A stretch of DNA of 64,000 bases from Octopus bimaculoides (lineage: Eukaryota): contig NC_068987.1 in assembly GCF_001194135.2 (NCBI RefSeq), positions 102,014,854 to 102,078,853 of the forward strand. The letters run 5' to 3'. Made by a program: the position numbers and the translations under genes. The notes under the pieces were generated by a model, which did not search any database, was not told where the DNA came from, and saw nothing but the letters and a program-made list of their open reading frames with translations. Shown here in pieces: positions 25,987 to 39,800 of this stretch (position 1 is its first letter; each line of letters starts with the position of its first letter).

Positions 25987-26966
25987 NNNNNNNNNNNNNN
26001 NNNNNNNNNNNNNNNNNNNNNNNNNNNNNNNNNNNNNNNNNNNNNNNNNNNNNNNNNNNNNNNNNNNNNNNNNNNNNNNNNNNNNNNNNNNNNNNNNNNN
26101 NNNNNNNNNNNNNNNNNNNNNNNNNNNNNNNNNNNNNNNNNNNNNNNNNNNNNNNNNNNNNNNNNNNNNNNNNNNNNNNNNNNNNNNNNNNNNNNNNNNN
26201 NNNNNNNNNNNNNNNNNNNNNNNNNNNNNNNNNNNNNNNNNNNNNNNNNNNNNNNNNNNNNNNNNNNNNNNNNNNNNNNNNNNNNNNNNNNNNNNNNNNN
26301 NNNNNNNNNNNNNNNNNNNNNNNNNNNNNNNNNNNNNNNNNNNNNNNNNNNNNNNNNNNNNNNNNNNNNNNNNNNNNNNNNNNNNNNNNNNNNNNNNNNN
26401 NNNNNNNNNNNNNNNNNNNNNNNNNNNNNNNNNNNNNNNNNNNNNNNNNNNNNNNNNNNNNNNNNNNNNNNNNNNNNNNNNNNNNNNNNNNNNNNNNNNN
26501 NNNNNNNNNNNNNNNNNNNNNNNNNNNNNNNNNNNNNNNNNNNNNNNNNNNNNNNNNNNNNNNNNNNNNNNNNNNNNNNNNNNNNNNNNNNNNNNNNNNN
26601 NNNNNNNNNNNNNNNNNNNNNNNNNNNNNNNNNNNNNNNNNNNNNNNNNNNNNNNNNNNNNNNNNNNNNNNNNNNNNNNNNNNNNNNNNNNNNNNNNNNN
26701 NNNNNNNNNNNNNNNNNNNNNNNNNNNNNNNNNNNNNNNNNNNNNNNNNNNNNNNNNNNNNNNNNNNNNNNNNNNNNNNNNNNNNNNNNNNNNNNNNNNN
26801 NNNNNNNNNNNNNNNNNNNNNNNNNNNNNNNNNNNNNNNNNNNNNNNNNNNNNNNNNNNNNNNNNNNNNNNNNNNNNNNNNNNNNNNNNNNNNNNNNNNN
26901 NNNNNNNNNNNNNNNNNNNNNNNNNNNNNNNNNNNNNNNNNNNNNNNNNNNNNNNNNNNNNNNNNN

Positions 26967-27022
<56 letters not shown>

Positions 27023-27119
27023 TATATTCTTGTGTATGTGTCTGTGTACATGTGTGTGTTTGACCTGTCTATTAATACACTCACAATTCTACGTAAGTAT
27101 TGTTTGTATTTGTATCTTC

Positions 27120-27420
27120 TGACTTTCTCCTACATCCTCCTTCTTCTAATAGATCTGCCCTTCTCCATAACTCGACATGTTTTATAGTCATTTCCACTGC
27201 ACTCTCCATTCTAGGTTTTTCTCGCTATACTCTATACTAGAAATTGATTTCCTCAAACACCACTTGCCTCATGCTTTCTCAACAATTCAGAAACTTCCTC
27301 AGCGATGCAAATGTTCTATGCGTGTCAATACATTTCCTGTTAACTTCCTTTACCATGGATTCCACGAATGTGATTTTTCTCTGTTAACAACATGATGCTG
27401 ATATGCATTTTACATTACGC
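27120..27420 (-). mobile_element. Possible RTE-type LINE 3' end relic
   Basis: The minus-strand peptide SAVEMTIKHVELWRRADLLEE loosely resembles the RTE ORF C-terminus (...M..DR.LWR...); many stops. Confidence 0.3.
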
Positions 27421-27615
27421 CGGAGGGCATTACATTATACCCGGGGTCTCTAGAAGCAATGGTATTTCATAGTCTTTTCTTTGAAGCTACACATTTTCTC
27501 ACTAACTTAATCCTGGTGAGAAGACTGTGGGTTCTGTTCAAAATACACCTATTTATTCCTTGTCTGCTGCCTAATTTATGAACGAAGCTGCCTACAACGT
27601 TAATGCATTACACAC

Positions 27616-27650
<35 letters not shown>

Positions 27651-28130
27651 ATTTTTAGTTTTTATCACTATGTACATAAACTTATAAAGCAACAAATCTA
27701 ATAATTATAATTTGAACATAAACAGAAGCAAACAACAAAGGACACACCAATTGTAATTTTTTCTAAGTATATACGCTCTTAAATCACTGAGGGATTCGAT
27801 GGCGTAATCTACCATCGTATTTCACCTAGTATATACGATAAAATTCAATGTAGATATCTTATCTTAAACGATCTTAACATATTTTTCTATGGTGTTTTTA
27901 GTCCTTTGCTCAAAATATCTCTTATTTCAAGATAATAGTAATGATGAAGGGAATGATAATACCCATTTCTGTTACTTCAACAATAGAGTGTTAATAATAA
28001 ACACAAAACGTGTTGCAGAAAGCGTGGGTTTTCTACGTTGTGTAAAAGAAAGTTGACGGAACAAAATATCGTATGATATTATGAGATGCATTAATATTTC
28101 TCCATCGCTTTCACAAAATTATTTCGACAG

Positions 28131-29107
28131 ATATATATATATATATATAAGCTTTCGATACCCTTCACCTAGACACACTTTGGAAGATTCTCGACACTAC
28201 GATTTCCTACATTTTAAAAGATGATTCGTTTATTGTATGAAAATTTCGAATGTCAAGTTATACACAACAAACTGACAGATCCGTTCGAAATCAAAACTGG
28301 AGTTAAACAAGGACGCGTGTTATCACCAATCTTATTTTAATTGGCAGTGAATTGGTTGATGCAAGGAACGACGAAAGAATATAACCTAGGTATAGAATGG
28401 AACTCAATTCAACTAGACGATTTAGATTATGAAGACGATAATTGTTTCTTCTCACACACGCCTCAAGTGTTACAAGACAAATCTGAAAGACTTAGTCAAA
28501 TAACCAACACCATAGGACTCAAATTCAACGAGAAGAAAACGTACACTCTTTGTAAAAATATAACAGATGCTGACCGTGTTACTTTGAATGACAAACCAAT
28601 CGCAAATGTTGACGAATATAACTATCTACACACCAAAATGACAATGGCTGAAGACTGCATTCATGCAATAAATACGAGAATTAGCAAAGCCGACCAATCA
28701 TTCGGTATGTTAAACGCAATGTGGAAATCCTCAATACTCAGCAAGAGCACCAAAATCCGATTTTACAAAACCAACATACTTAGCATCCTCTTCTATGGAT
28801 CCGAATGTTGGAAAACAACCAATAGTATTGAAAAGAAATTGGAGGGTGTTTCTAAAGAAATACAAAAAAACATTGAATGTTTACTGGCCGAATATGAGCT
28901 CGAATAGCCAACAACACATCGAGGATAACGTGAAACCAATAAGAGAAACTATTGATGCAAGGATATGGAAATGGGTGGGTCGAGGTTGTCGCTAGAAGCT
29001 TTGCAGTGGGTTCCACAAGGTAAAAGAAGATGTGCCCGACCAAAGGGAACGTGGCGGAGAACAAGAAAAGAGATAATCAAATCAGGGAGTTAACAACAGA
29101 ACAAGCT
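28131..29107 (+). mobile_element. RTE-clade LINE, 5'-truncated RT/C-terminal fragment (pseudogenised)
   Basis: AFDTLHLDTLWKIL, IKTGVKQGRVLSPILF*LAVNWLM, QLDDLDYEDD (YADD variant), ILFYGSECWKTT, RIWKWVG and RPKGTWRR occur colinearly, with stops and frameshifts. Confidence 0.92.
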
Positions 29108-30299
29108 GTATATATATATATATATATATATNNNNNNNNNNNNNNNNNNNNNNNNNNNNNNNNNNNNNNNNNNNNNNNNNNNNNNNNNNNNNNNNNNNNN
29201 NNNNNNNNNNNNNNNNNNNNNNNNNNNNNNNNNNNNNNNNNNNNNNNNNNNNNNNNNNNNNNNNNNNNNNNNNNNNNNNNNNNNNNNNNNNNNNNNNNNN
29301 NNNNNNNNNNNNNNNNNNNNNNNNNNNNNNNNNNNNNNNNNNNNNNNNNNNNNNNNNNNNNNNNNNNNNNNNNNNNNNNNNNNNNNNNNAGTTAATAATG
29401 GAATTTGAAGAGGCTCACAGGAATGGAATTTCTGCAAGCTTGTACAGGACTTTGAGAAAAAAAAAATAGGCATCTACTGGAAAAATTTATATTATTTACT
29501 AAAATAATGGAACGCTGTGTCTGAAAATACTTTCACCTGCACTAACTTATTGGTTAAACATTATAACCAGCAAGACAGCAATAATAACAAACCAGCAGCT
29601 GTTGTCTCACTTAACATTATTAATAGCAGGCAAACTGATTAAATCCCATTCTAGCAAGATATATTAAATAACGTAGGACAAAATTCACTGAGAACAAGTT
29701 TGAATTACCATAGCTGGAATGCTTTGATCACATGTGTGCTCGATAAATGGTGCTCAACAACAATATAAAGAAAGCTATCACTGAGGCAGCCTCTTAATAA
29801 TATCGGAAAATGTAAGAAGCTAAGAACCGAAACACCTGCCTGACTGGGGATTCTTCGCTGAAGATCCATTCTGGTGTTCTGCTCGCTTGATAGTTTTTCT
29901 TACCACATTTATGGAAACCATACGTTAAATAATGAACAAATCAAACGTTAAAAAAGACAACATAATTAATATATAATGAGCATTAAATATTTATGTACAC
30001 GGAAATTGTGGAAAATGATAACAAACTTTTTCCTACAAGAGAGTTTTGTACATTAAGTTATTTCTTATATTTTCATTATCCCATCTTCTTGTAGTATAAT
30101 CAGTGGCATGGAGGCCAAACCTTCCATGTTCCATGGCAGAGCTTATAAAAACTGAACGACCGTTGTAGTAAATGTGTCAGTCTGAGAGAGGAAAATGTTG
30201 AACAAAATTATAACTGATTCTGCTGTATCTTCTTTTACCCAAAGCCAGAAGCTTTTCAACACCACCACCTATATTTATATACACATATATATATATATC

Positions 30300-30432
30300 C
30301 TTCCTACACGGAACCCGGTAATTAAATCTCACTCACAAGTGTTTCCTAGAACTCTGATGTAGCACAGCACAAGTCACGGGCGCAGTAGAATCGAACTTAG
30401 AACGATGTTGTTATAAAGCAAACTCCTTAAGC
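30300..30432 (-). mobile_element. SINE family B, degraded head
   Basis: aaatctcactcacaag...tagcacagcacaagtcacgggcgcagtagaatcgaact...aagcaaactccttaagca parallels the other B heads. Confidence 0.5.
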
Positions 30433-30973
30433 AACCAGCAATACTTTCAGATTATGTATTTTCACCAACTTTTCCATAATTTCTTCTTAGCTCACTTTGA
30501 TATATATTTATACTTATGAACTATGATGCACTGTTAATTTTCTGATCACGTATGAAATATAATTCAGACTCAGTAGATTTCTCGATATAGAATTTGACAA
30601 ACTATATTTCTATGAATTCGCAAAATCTATTATTACAATGTTTCTTCATATCACAGTTTGGCTTATATAAACTTATGTTGCTTTTATTTATTGAGCCAGC
30701 AATTCAAACATGTAATCCTGGTTTCTAGCAGACTTCTCTTTCATGTGCTTTCATCTTTATACGTTATACACACCTTGAATGTATCTTCTCTTCAATTCAT
30801 CAGGTAATTCACAGAATCGAAATTTGATTGATGATAGATTCATCTGCAGTTTTACATTTGGAGTTCTGGAATTCTTGCTTGACGATGTTTAGAGGATTTC
30901 CTTCTCTCTGTACTACTCTAAGTTTTATAGATGGTGCATAAAACCTACTGACATTTTTATTTGTGAACTAACG

Positions 30974-31044
<71 letters not shown>

Positions 31045-31974
31045 ATATACATATATGCATATGCGCACATTCATACATATATTCATACAGATATACGTAT
31101 ATACTGCATCTATGTTATGCATTATATATATACAGAGAGAGACAGAAAGAGAGAGAGATAGTTAGAGAGGAAATGTTATAAAATAGATCGATAAATATTT
31201 TGTGCGTATAGATAGATATATAAAATATATATTGTATACATACATATCATATATTGTGTGTATGTGTGTGTGCGTACGTGGACGCTTATATGTATATGCA
31301 TGTACAACTTTATGCATACATATATGAACCTATACAAGTATACATAAGTACATACATACATACACACATACATATATATCGTTATATATATATATACACA
31401 CATCATGTGCGTACATACTAAGCTTGGAGTTTCTCTTTTAATATCTTTCAGCTGCACATTTTCTTCCTTCTTCGCAGTTGATCAAATTCTCTACAGCGAA
31501 TGTTCTTATTGATTAATGACATCTTCAAGCTATTGCAGTAGATTGAGTCGTAGAATTCTTCAATATGCCAATTCTGTGCATGTTGGTTTGCTTCTTCATA
31601 TGTCACAGCACAAATTTTATAAGAATTCCGTTGCGTTCTTAAAAACTGATAGATAGTGAGAATCAAGAGAGCGTCGAACAGACCGTGCTATAGTGTTTAG
31701 TTAATGCCCGCTCTTTTCTGATATGTTGCTGAATAGCCTTGTTATTTACATTAACGTCGACACGTCATGCTTTGTCACATTTTTAGCGAGATATAATGCG
31801 GGCTGTGAGCAATATAGTGCGGGCTATTGGCATGTTATGAGTTATCAAAGCGATCTTGTTAGTTACAATAACACCCAAAAACATGACTTACATTCAGTAG
31901 ATGTGCTCCGTTGTGGATTAAGACACAAAATTAGCGAGAATGATATTACAGTGAAGAAAGTACACTAGGATGTA

Positions 31975-32525
31975 ATTGAAAAAAGTCCACATCACCCCAT
32001 TTCTAGGTGAAACTAGCCACCCTTCTCGTCACCTCGCCCCAGTTCTTGTCAATCTGGACGTTCGGACCAGACGAAGTTAACTGGTCCTTCTGTCCAGCGC
32101 GCTACGATGCTGTCAAGTAACCAATCCAGGTTCCGAGTTGCAGGCCCACAAACTTCTCCTGATTAAACTTTGCTCATGTTACTGCTCCTTACTCTCGAGG
32201 TGATAGTACCGATCACCTTGCTTTCCGAAATGTCCGACACAATTGTAGTGATGTCATCCGCATAAGCTGACACAAATCTCTGCCATTGTAGTTCACGCGG
32301 GTTGCCCCTAGCAACGTCCACCTTGATTAACAATGGCTCAAGAGCGGTGGATGGGAGCGGCTATCTTTGACTGACCGAACATGCGATACTAAGCGATTCC
32401 AATAAGAGGCAATTTATTTTGACCACCGAACAAGTGTCGCTGTACATTTGGGTGACCCAGCCTCTGAAAACGGGTCCGAAGCCGGCTACCAGGAGCAGAG
32501 CCTTGAAGGATTGGTAGTTATCAAC
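31975..32525 (-). mobile_element. Tx1/L1-clade LINE reverse transcriptase fragment
   Basis: Minus strand: LLVAGFGPVFRGWVTQMYS...SVSQR*PL...ALEPLL...FVSAYADDITTIVS...RWTEGPV. YADD is intact; internal deletions and stops are present. Confidence 0.88.
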
Positions 32526-32549
32526 AACAACAATGGTAATAATAATAAT

Positions 32550-32640
32550 ACTTTCTACTATACGCAAAGGCCTGAAATTTTGCGAGGATTTCTACTCGCT
32601 TATATCGGTCGCAGCGCTTGTCTGTATTAATTTTATCCAT
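32550..32640 (-). mobile_element. SINE family A 3' fragment
   Basis: ctttctactatacgcaaaggcctgaaatttt is the reverse complement of tail type 1. Confidence 0.55.
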
Positions 32641-33619
32641 ACTGAAATAAGGAAAAGCAAAGTTAGCCACGGTGAAACACAAAAGCAATGAATGGGAATT
32701 TTACTAGCATCTGAAAAGTGACAACGACCACCTGTGGAATGATGTACTGAATGGTGAAGTAGCAAATAACTGTTTGGCCAGAAATCTTGAGCAAAGAAGT
32801 TCAACATAACATGAATGCAGATCATGTATAGCAATTTAAGATTGAAGTGGACGATGAAGAGTAACAAAAATATATGAATATCTATATAAGAAAATGAATG
32901 GTATGCTTAATAAAATAGCAGATGGGAAGGAACTCACATGATGTTCGGGTTCAACTTCAAATATTTCTCAAGTTAATGAATAAATGTGTAGGGTAAAAGA
33001 ATCATTTCCTGCGAGGGACATCTCATTACTTGTGAGAGGAAATTCATTTTTCCTTCTATAGCATTGATCGAAATCTCACGGCTAATTAGAATTTTCGCGG
33101 CAAATTCACGGAATATGATGTAATAGAAGAGAAGATAAAAATAAGCGCAACGCGGTCGATTACTAATATACTTAAGGCATTTACACTTATGTCTATCCCA
33201 AGACATTGGGATTTTCCTAACAAGCGTGATTCGAAAAAATCTAATGGGAGCTTTTGTTAGCGCTATAACTTAATTTTTTTTTTTAATGGTAGAAAATAGG
33301 GTTGAAAGATTGTACTGGTGTAACCCACCTGTGACTTTTCACTGCTGTGTGGTAGTGGCGGTGGTGGTGGGTAGTAAATATTTTTTACGTTTTATTTTGA
33401 GCAATACATTAAATAAATACTTTTTGCCGTTTGTATTTTCTTATAAATTTCGTGTTGCATATCGTTTCCCCACATGCGCTCTGTTTCTATTCGTTATAAA
33501 ATCATTCGACTCTACTCATATTTAAAGCTCCATGTTTTTAAGGTAGAGTTTATTATACGTGAGAGAACATCCGTCTAATAGATTATTATTTTCAGTAGTA
33601 GTAGCAGCAGCAGCAGCAT

Positions 33620-33672
33620 CAGAAGAAGAAGAAGAAGAAGAAGAAGAAGAAGAAGAAGAAGAAGAAGAAGAA
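33620..33672. repeat. (GAA)n microsatellite
   Basis: Direct reading; source of the poly-E/poly-L ORFs. Confidence 0.97.
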
Positions 33673-33875
33673 GAGCTGGCAGACTCGTTAGCACACCCCG
33701 GACGAAATACTGAACAACATTTCGTCCGCCTTTACGTTCCGAGTTCAAATGCCGCCGATGTTGACTTTGTTTTTCATCCATTCGTGGTTAATAAATTAAG
33801 TACCAGCTGACTGCTGGCGTCGAAATAACCAACAAACTCTTCCCCAGAAATTGCTGGCCTTGTTTCAAAATTTAA
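33673..33875 (+). mobile_element. SINE family A, tail type 1
   Basis: gagctggcagactcgttagcac...cgagttcaaatgccgccgatgttgactttg...taaattaagtaccag...ggccttgtttcaaaattt. Confidence 0.85.
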
Positions 33876-35003
33876 TAGTTGGTTTAGTAGAAGCAGTTTG
33901 TTGTTGGTGATATTTTGCTTCGCTGTTACTGTTGTTGTTGGTCTGACTATCCAATTATCTGAGCAAAGACGTCCCGAATTCATGAACATTCTGTCTTTTT
34001 CTTGGGTGTTTTTTTTTTTTGTATTTCATTCATGATCATTCTGTCTTTTTCTCGGGTGTTTTCTTTTTTCGTATCTCAGACTTAAATATCCATCTCAATC
34101 ACGGCATTGTCATTTGATGTCGTTTGATGTAGCATGTCGAAGAAATACATACAGGTACCAGGAGAGGTCCGAGAGAGTAACATTGTGAGGATTCGTGCAG
34201 TAGAAGCTCTTTCCATAGATCGAGTCGCTTCCTCGGTGTGTCTACTGATGTTGGTTTTATTACTGATGCACTTGATCTAGCAAATGAAATGCCGCGGTCG
34301 TCATCATAACCATCTTCACCATAGTAATCGTTATCGTCTTCATCATCATGATCATCACTGACGTCTGCCGCCTTCTAACACTACCATCACCACCTACTCC
34401 CCAACCACGACCACGTCCACCACTACCTCTGCCCACAACACACGTCCATTATTATTCTTATTATATCCTATATAGTTTCTTACTAATATGAATCAGCCAC
34501 GAACGAATCGTTACAAATAGAAAGTAACTCGTCAATTTTCAATTAGACTACGTTATTCTTCAGCTGAAGTGGATTTCTCAGAGAAATACATGATTCTAAA
34601 TAACTTGTATTGCCTTCAGGCGCTTAGTAAACCAATAAAAATAGTGTGTTGCTGATTGGTTGAAGAAGAGAATGTGCCACCCAACATTTTCATCGCTTCA
34701 TCTGAATCATCGATTGAAAGCTTAAATGAAGCGTACAGAAGTGCAAGGATCGAGGATTGGCAGTCTTGCTACAGACTGTGTATATATCACGTGTTACATA
34801 CACGATGTTTTTGTTTTACTGTATTTGCTCGACCGGAAGAGAGGAATGAGATTTCGTAAAATCCTCGGGCTATTTTTCGTTTTCGCTTTTCGCTTTCCTG
34901 TTTTGCCATCTCAGCAAATTTCTTTAGAAGAAAATGAGAGAAAAAAATATCTGTATTTTAATCAACAGTTCTATCACATTCGTATCTTGCTTTCTATATT
35001 GGT

Positions 35004-35047
<44 letters not shown>

Positions 35048-35859
35048 TCCTTTTTCTTCTTTTTATTCTCCTCCTCCGCCTTATTCTTCTTCTTCTCCTC
35101 CTCCGTCTTCTTCTTTTTCTTCTTTAAATCATTGTTTCACCTTCGCCACATTTGTTTATCCGTCGTCCTTGTCATCATCATAATCATCGTCAACTTCGTT
35201 TCTTCCTCCTCATCGTCATCATCATACTCATCCTCCATTTTCCCGTCCTCCGCCTTCTTATCTCCCCTTTCCTCCCACTTCTTTCCTCCCGCTCCTCCTC
35301 TTCAAAGACTTTCTTTTCAAACACTCTCTTTTCAGACCGCTGTTCTACACGTCTATCCACAGAGATCCGTCGTTAAGAAATTCGCTTCGGATTTACATGA
35401 GTTCAGATTCTATCAGACAACATGGTACTTTCATTAAGAATATTCTGCCTGACTGTCAAGTCAACTAGAACGTTGTTAAGTGGACTTTCAAACAGGTCCA
35501 AAGGCCACTGAATCAATTACTCATTCAATCAATTAGTTAATCAATCAAAGAGTATACACACACACATGTATANNNNNNNNNNNNNNNNNNNNNNNNNNNN
35601 NNNNNNNNNNNNNNNNNNNNNNNNNNNNNNNNNNNNNNNNNNNNNNNNNNNATATATATATATATACACATATGTATATATGTAAATAAGTATATGTATG
35701 TGTATATATAAGTGTGTGTGTATGTATGTATATGTATATAGTCAATTCAAAGAACAGACAATTAAAAAGCAGAGAAGAAAAATAATTTAAAAAAAAGAAA
35801 ACGAACGTGAGGACGTGCACAAGCAGTATATTAATTTCACACTCGGTGAAAAGAGAGAG

Positions 35860-35897
35860 TTGTTAATGTTTCGAGTATAGCTCTTTGTCGGGAGGAG
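35860..35897 (-). ncRNA. Degenerate hammerhead remnant in PLE-like terminal sequence
   Basis: Minus strand ctc-CCGACAA-a-gagc-tat-actc-GAAA-cattaac. The core differs from CUGACGA by two transitions, and stem III and the cleavage triplet are lost. Confidence 0.4.
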
Positions 35898-35989
35898 GAA
35901 AGTCCACAAAGAAAGAATGAAAAATAAGGGAAAATCAGGAAAAATAACCAACAATCCACGTTCTGTTACATTTCTGAAGTGACTTGAAG

Positions 35990-37140
35990 TTGAAGGAGGC
36001 AGAAGATTGTGAAGATGGTCAATATATGTGTGTGTGTATTCGTGTGTGGTCGTGTGTTTGTGTGCGTGTATGTTTATGTGTGAGTGTAGTAGCACGTGTG
36101 TGTGTGTGTGTTTGTGTGTATGGCTGCATTTGAGCGTGTGGTAGCAACAGTGTGTATGTGTGTGTTGGCGTTGATGTGTATGTCGCAATGAGAGGTCAAT
36201 CATAAGTCAGCAGCTGTAGTGAAAGGTGTGTGAATGGGTGGGTGTGGCTGTGTGTGTTGGCATGTGTTCGTAGACGGAGTGTGCGTGTGTGCGTGCGTCT
36301 CTGTGCATATCTCACACACACACACACACACACACACGCACTCTAACTCTCTCTATATATATATGTGTGTGTGTGTGCGTGTGTGTTTATGTGTGTACCT
36401 ATGTGCGTGTGTGTATGTGTGTACGACTATGCGCGTTCAAGTGTGTGTGGGAGTCTATGTACGTGAGTGTGTATGAGTGCATTTGTGTGTGCATTGTGCG
36501 TGCGTTGTGTGTGGAGGTACATGTACGTTTGTGTGCATGTGCGTGTGTATGTGCATGTGTGTACGCGTGTGTGTGTGTGCGTTCGTGAGAGGGAGAGTGG
36601 GAGTGCAGCCAAGGGTGTGGGTATAATGTGTGCGTGCACATGAGAGTATCTGCAGGCGTGCGTCTCTGTGTGTATGTGAGGTGTGGAGGTGTGTGTCTGT
36701 GTATGTGTGTGCGCGCAATGGGGAGGTAAAGTGTATGTGTACGAGTGTGCGTGCGCATGGGCGGGCGTAGATGTTCGTGGTGTATGTGGTGTGTGGTAGG
36801 GTGTGCGTGTGGTAAATGATAGCGTGTGAGGAGCGGGAACAAATGGGACTATGTACGTAGGTGTTGTTGTTAGTGTGTACGTGTTTGTGGGTGCGCGTAT
36901 GGATATATCTGGATGCGTGAGCGTGTGTATATGTATATGTATGTATGAGTGTGTGTGGGAACCTCTATATAGGTGTGTATTTATATGGGCGTATGAGTGT
37001 GTGCAGGCCTGTATGTGGGTGGGTATGATGTCCGTGATGTGTATGCGTTTTGAGTGTGCATGGAGGTGTTTGGGGGGGGGTATATATGAGTCTGAGTGCG
37101 AGCGTATGAATGTGTGTGTATGTGTAAGTGTGCGAGTATG
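35990..37140. repeat. About 1.1 kb imperfect GT-rich (CA-rich on minus) cryptic repeat
   Basis: Strongly strand-asymmetric degenerate (GT)n; source of the His/Thr and Cys/Val ORFs. Confidence 0.85.
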
Positions 37141-37329
37141 TGAAAAAGAAATTTAAAATTAAATTAAACATAAGTTAGAAATAGAAACATGAGAAAACAA
37201 AGGAATATAAAAATAAAATAATAAAGAATAAAAATAAAAAATATCAAAAATAGATGAAAAAGATTATGGGAATAAATCAGTAAAAAAGAAGATAAATAAA
37301 AAAATAAACAAATGAACAAAATAAAATAA

Positions 37330-37942
37330 AATATTTATTTGAAAAGATGTGTGGGGAAAGCCACTTAAAGGAAGGGGCTGTGTTGAGTTCGAAGGGAATT
37401 CGAGAGTGAAAATTTAATGCTGTTGCAGGCAGAGTCTGGCTTTGGTGGATCGAATGTGTAGAGTAAGACGGAAGATGGTGAGGTCTGAGGGGGAGTGGCC
37501 GAGAGTCTTCTTGCGTAGACGAACGTCTCGTAGATGTTCGGTGAACCGGTCGGCAAAGACTGCACTTAATATGGTAAAGAAGGTTTGAAGAAGTGCAGGA
37601 GGAGTTCATAACGTAGAGGGTGTGCTGGTTAGACCCAGTGAAGGAGGTGGCATTGGCGATGAAACAATAGGTGTGGTAAGGGAGTCTGGAGTAGGAGAAG
37701 GGTCCGGGTCGGGTGGTAAAAGAGGAAAGAAGAGTGCTACGATCCAGTAGATCGTGTAGTTTACAGGTGCGTTTGAAGGTGGGCAACGGTGAGTTAGGCG
37801 ATGTGGGAAGGGTGGTGGGATCTAACCGGAGTCGACGGGAGACCTGCAGGGAATATTGACGAAGGGGTAGGGTGGAGGGGTGGAAAAAGGAGAAAGGGAT
37901 CTGGTTGGAGGTTTGATGTGGGAAATGGGAGAGGGCCGTAGT
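37330..37942 (-). mobile_element. Penelope-like element, C-terminal linker and GIY-YIG endonuclease relic
   Basis: Minus strand: ...LRLDPTT...PTFKRTCKLHDLL...SCTSSNLLYHIKCSLC and, after a frameshift, DRFTEHLRDVR. These match the PLE CCHH linker and the R..RF.EH part of GIY-YIG. The central YIG segment is deleted. Confidence 0.82.
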
Positions 37943-38589
37943 NNNNNNNNNNNNNNNNNNNNNNNNNNNNNNNNNNNNNNNNNNNNNNNNNNNNNNNNNN
38001 NNNNNNNNNNNNNNNNNNNNNNNNNNNNNNNNNNNNNNNNNNNNNNNNNNNNNNNNNNNNNNNNNNNNNNNNNNNNNNNNNNNNNNNNNNNNNNNNNNNN
38101 NNNNNNNNNNNNNNNNNNNNNNNNNNNNNNNNNNNNNNNNNNNNNNNNNNNNNNNNNNNNNNNNNNNNNNNNNNNNNNNNNNNNNNNNNNNNNNNNNNNN
38201 NNNNNNNNNNNNNNNNNNNNNNNNNNNNNNNNNNNNNNNNNNNNNNNNNNNNNNNNNNNNNNNNNNNNNNNNNNNNNNNNNNNNNNNNNNNNNNNNNNNN
38301 NNNNNNNNNNNNNNNNNNNNNNNNNNNNNNNNNNNNNNNNNNNNNNNNNNNNNNNNNNNNNNNNNNNNNNNNNNNNNNNNNNNNNNNNNNNNNNNNNNNN
38401 NNNNNNNNNNNNNNNNNNNNNNNNNNNNNNNNNNNNNNNNNNNNNNNNNNNNNNNNNNNNNNNNNNNNNNNNNNNNNNNNNNNNNNNNNNNNNNNNNNNN
38501 NNNNNNNNNNNNNNNNNNNNNNNNNNNNNNNNNNNNNNNNNNNNNNNNNNNNNNNNNNNNNNNNNNNNNNNNNTATATGTTTATATATG

Positions 38590-38623
<34 letters not shown>

Positions 38624-38671
38624 TACATATACATACATATATACATGCATACATACATACATATATACATG

Positions 38672-38703
<32 letters not shown>

Positions 38704-39757
38704 CATACATACATGCATATATAGATACATGCATATATAGATACATACAAATACACATATATACAAACGTACATGCGCTCACTGGAGATTGTAGAATGAT
38801 AGTCAGGCAAATACATACTTAGTGTTATTTGCGGGAATTTCTTTCCGATTAAAAAATAGGCGATGTTGAATCTGTCTTTGATCCGTGTCTAATGCAATAA
38901 TAGTAAGCAAGGATTAAGTATTCGACTAATAGATGCAAAATGTTCACTACATGAGGCTTGAAAATATGTTGGACATATATGTTATAATTCCTTTATCTTA
39001 AAAGGCAATCTTTGCAACCAACTTAACATAGACCTCTTGAAACAACTCCGAACACTGCGTTATTAGCCTTGAGAGATCTTCTTTAGTAAGTGTATGGTTC
39101 AAAAAAGCACACACGTAGATGTACTAAGCACATATAAAGGAGAATCGCTCAGGGTTAATCGCGCAATATTCGATGTTCTTCCAAGGGATATATGTTAAGT
39201 TGAATATAAAGTTTACCTTTTACTATTAATACTACATCCGTCGCTAATTATTAACTTTATATTAAGACATAATAAATATTGATGACACAGAGAAAATGAT
39301 GAAAAAGGAAATAGAGGAAGATAATGTGTTAGACGACGTCGACGGCGATGGTGAAGACAATGATGATTTTTAAGGAAAGATGAGTCTTCTCGTTGATTCA
39401 TTTTATTGCCTGAAGTTCAGAAATATGTGCTATTGAATTTGATCGATAATCTAAACCTTATTAGAAGCTGATGACTTATGACCAGGAAAGATGGAATCAT
39501 CTACTCAGTATTTTAATTTAAAACAATATATGGTATCAGCAATACTAAACGGAGTACACATGTCATTAAGCGTGAGACTGTTGAGAACATCTACTTCTGA
39601 ATTATTTTCAGTGCGCATAATTACCTGCCTACCTACCTACCTACCTACCTACCTACCTACCTACTTACTTACCTACCTATGATCCCGCCTATCAACCAAT
39701 CTACATACATACCTATGCACATTCACATGCGCGCGCACACACACATATACGCGCACG

Positions 39758-39800
<43 letters not shown>

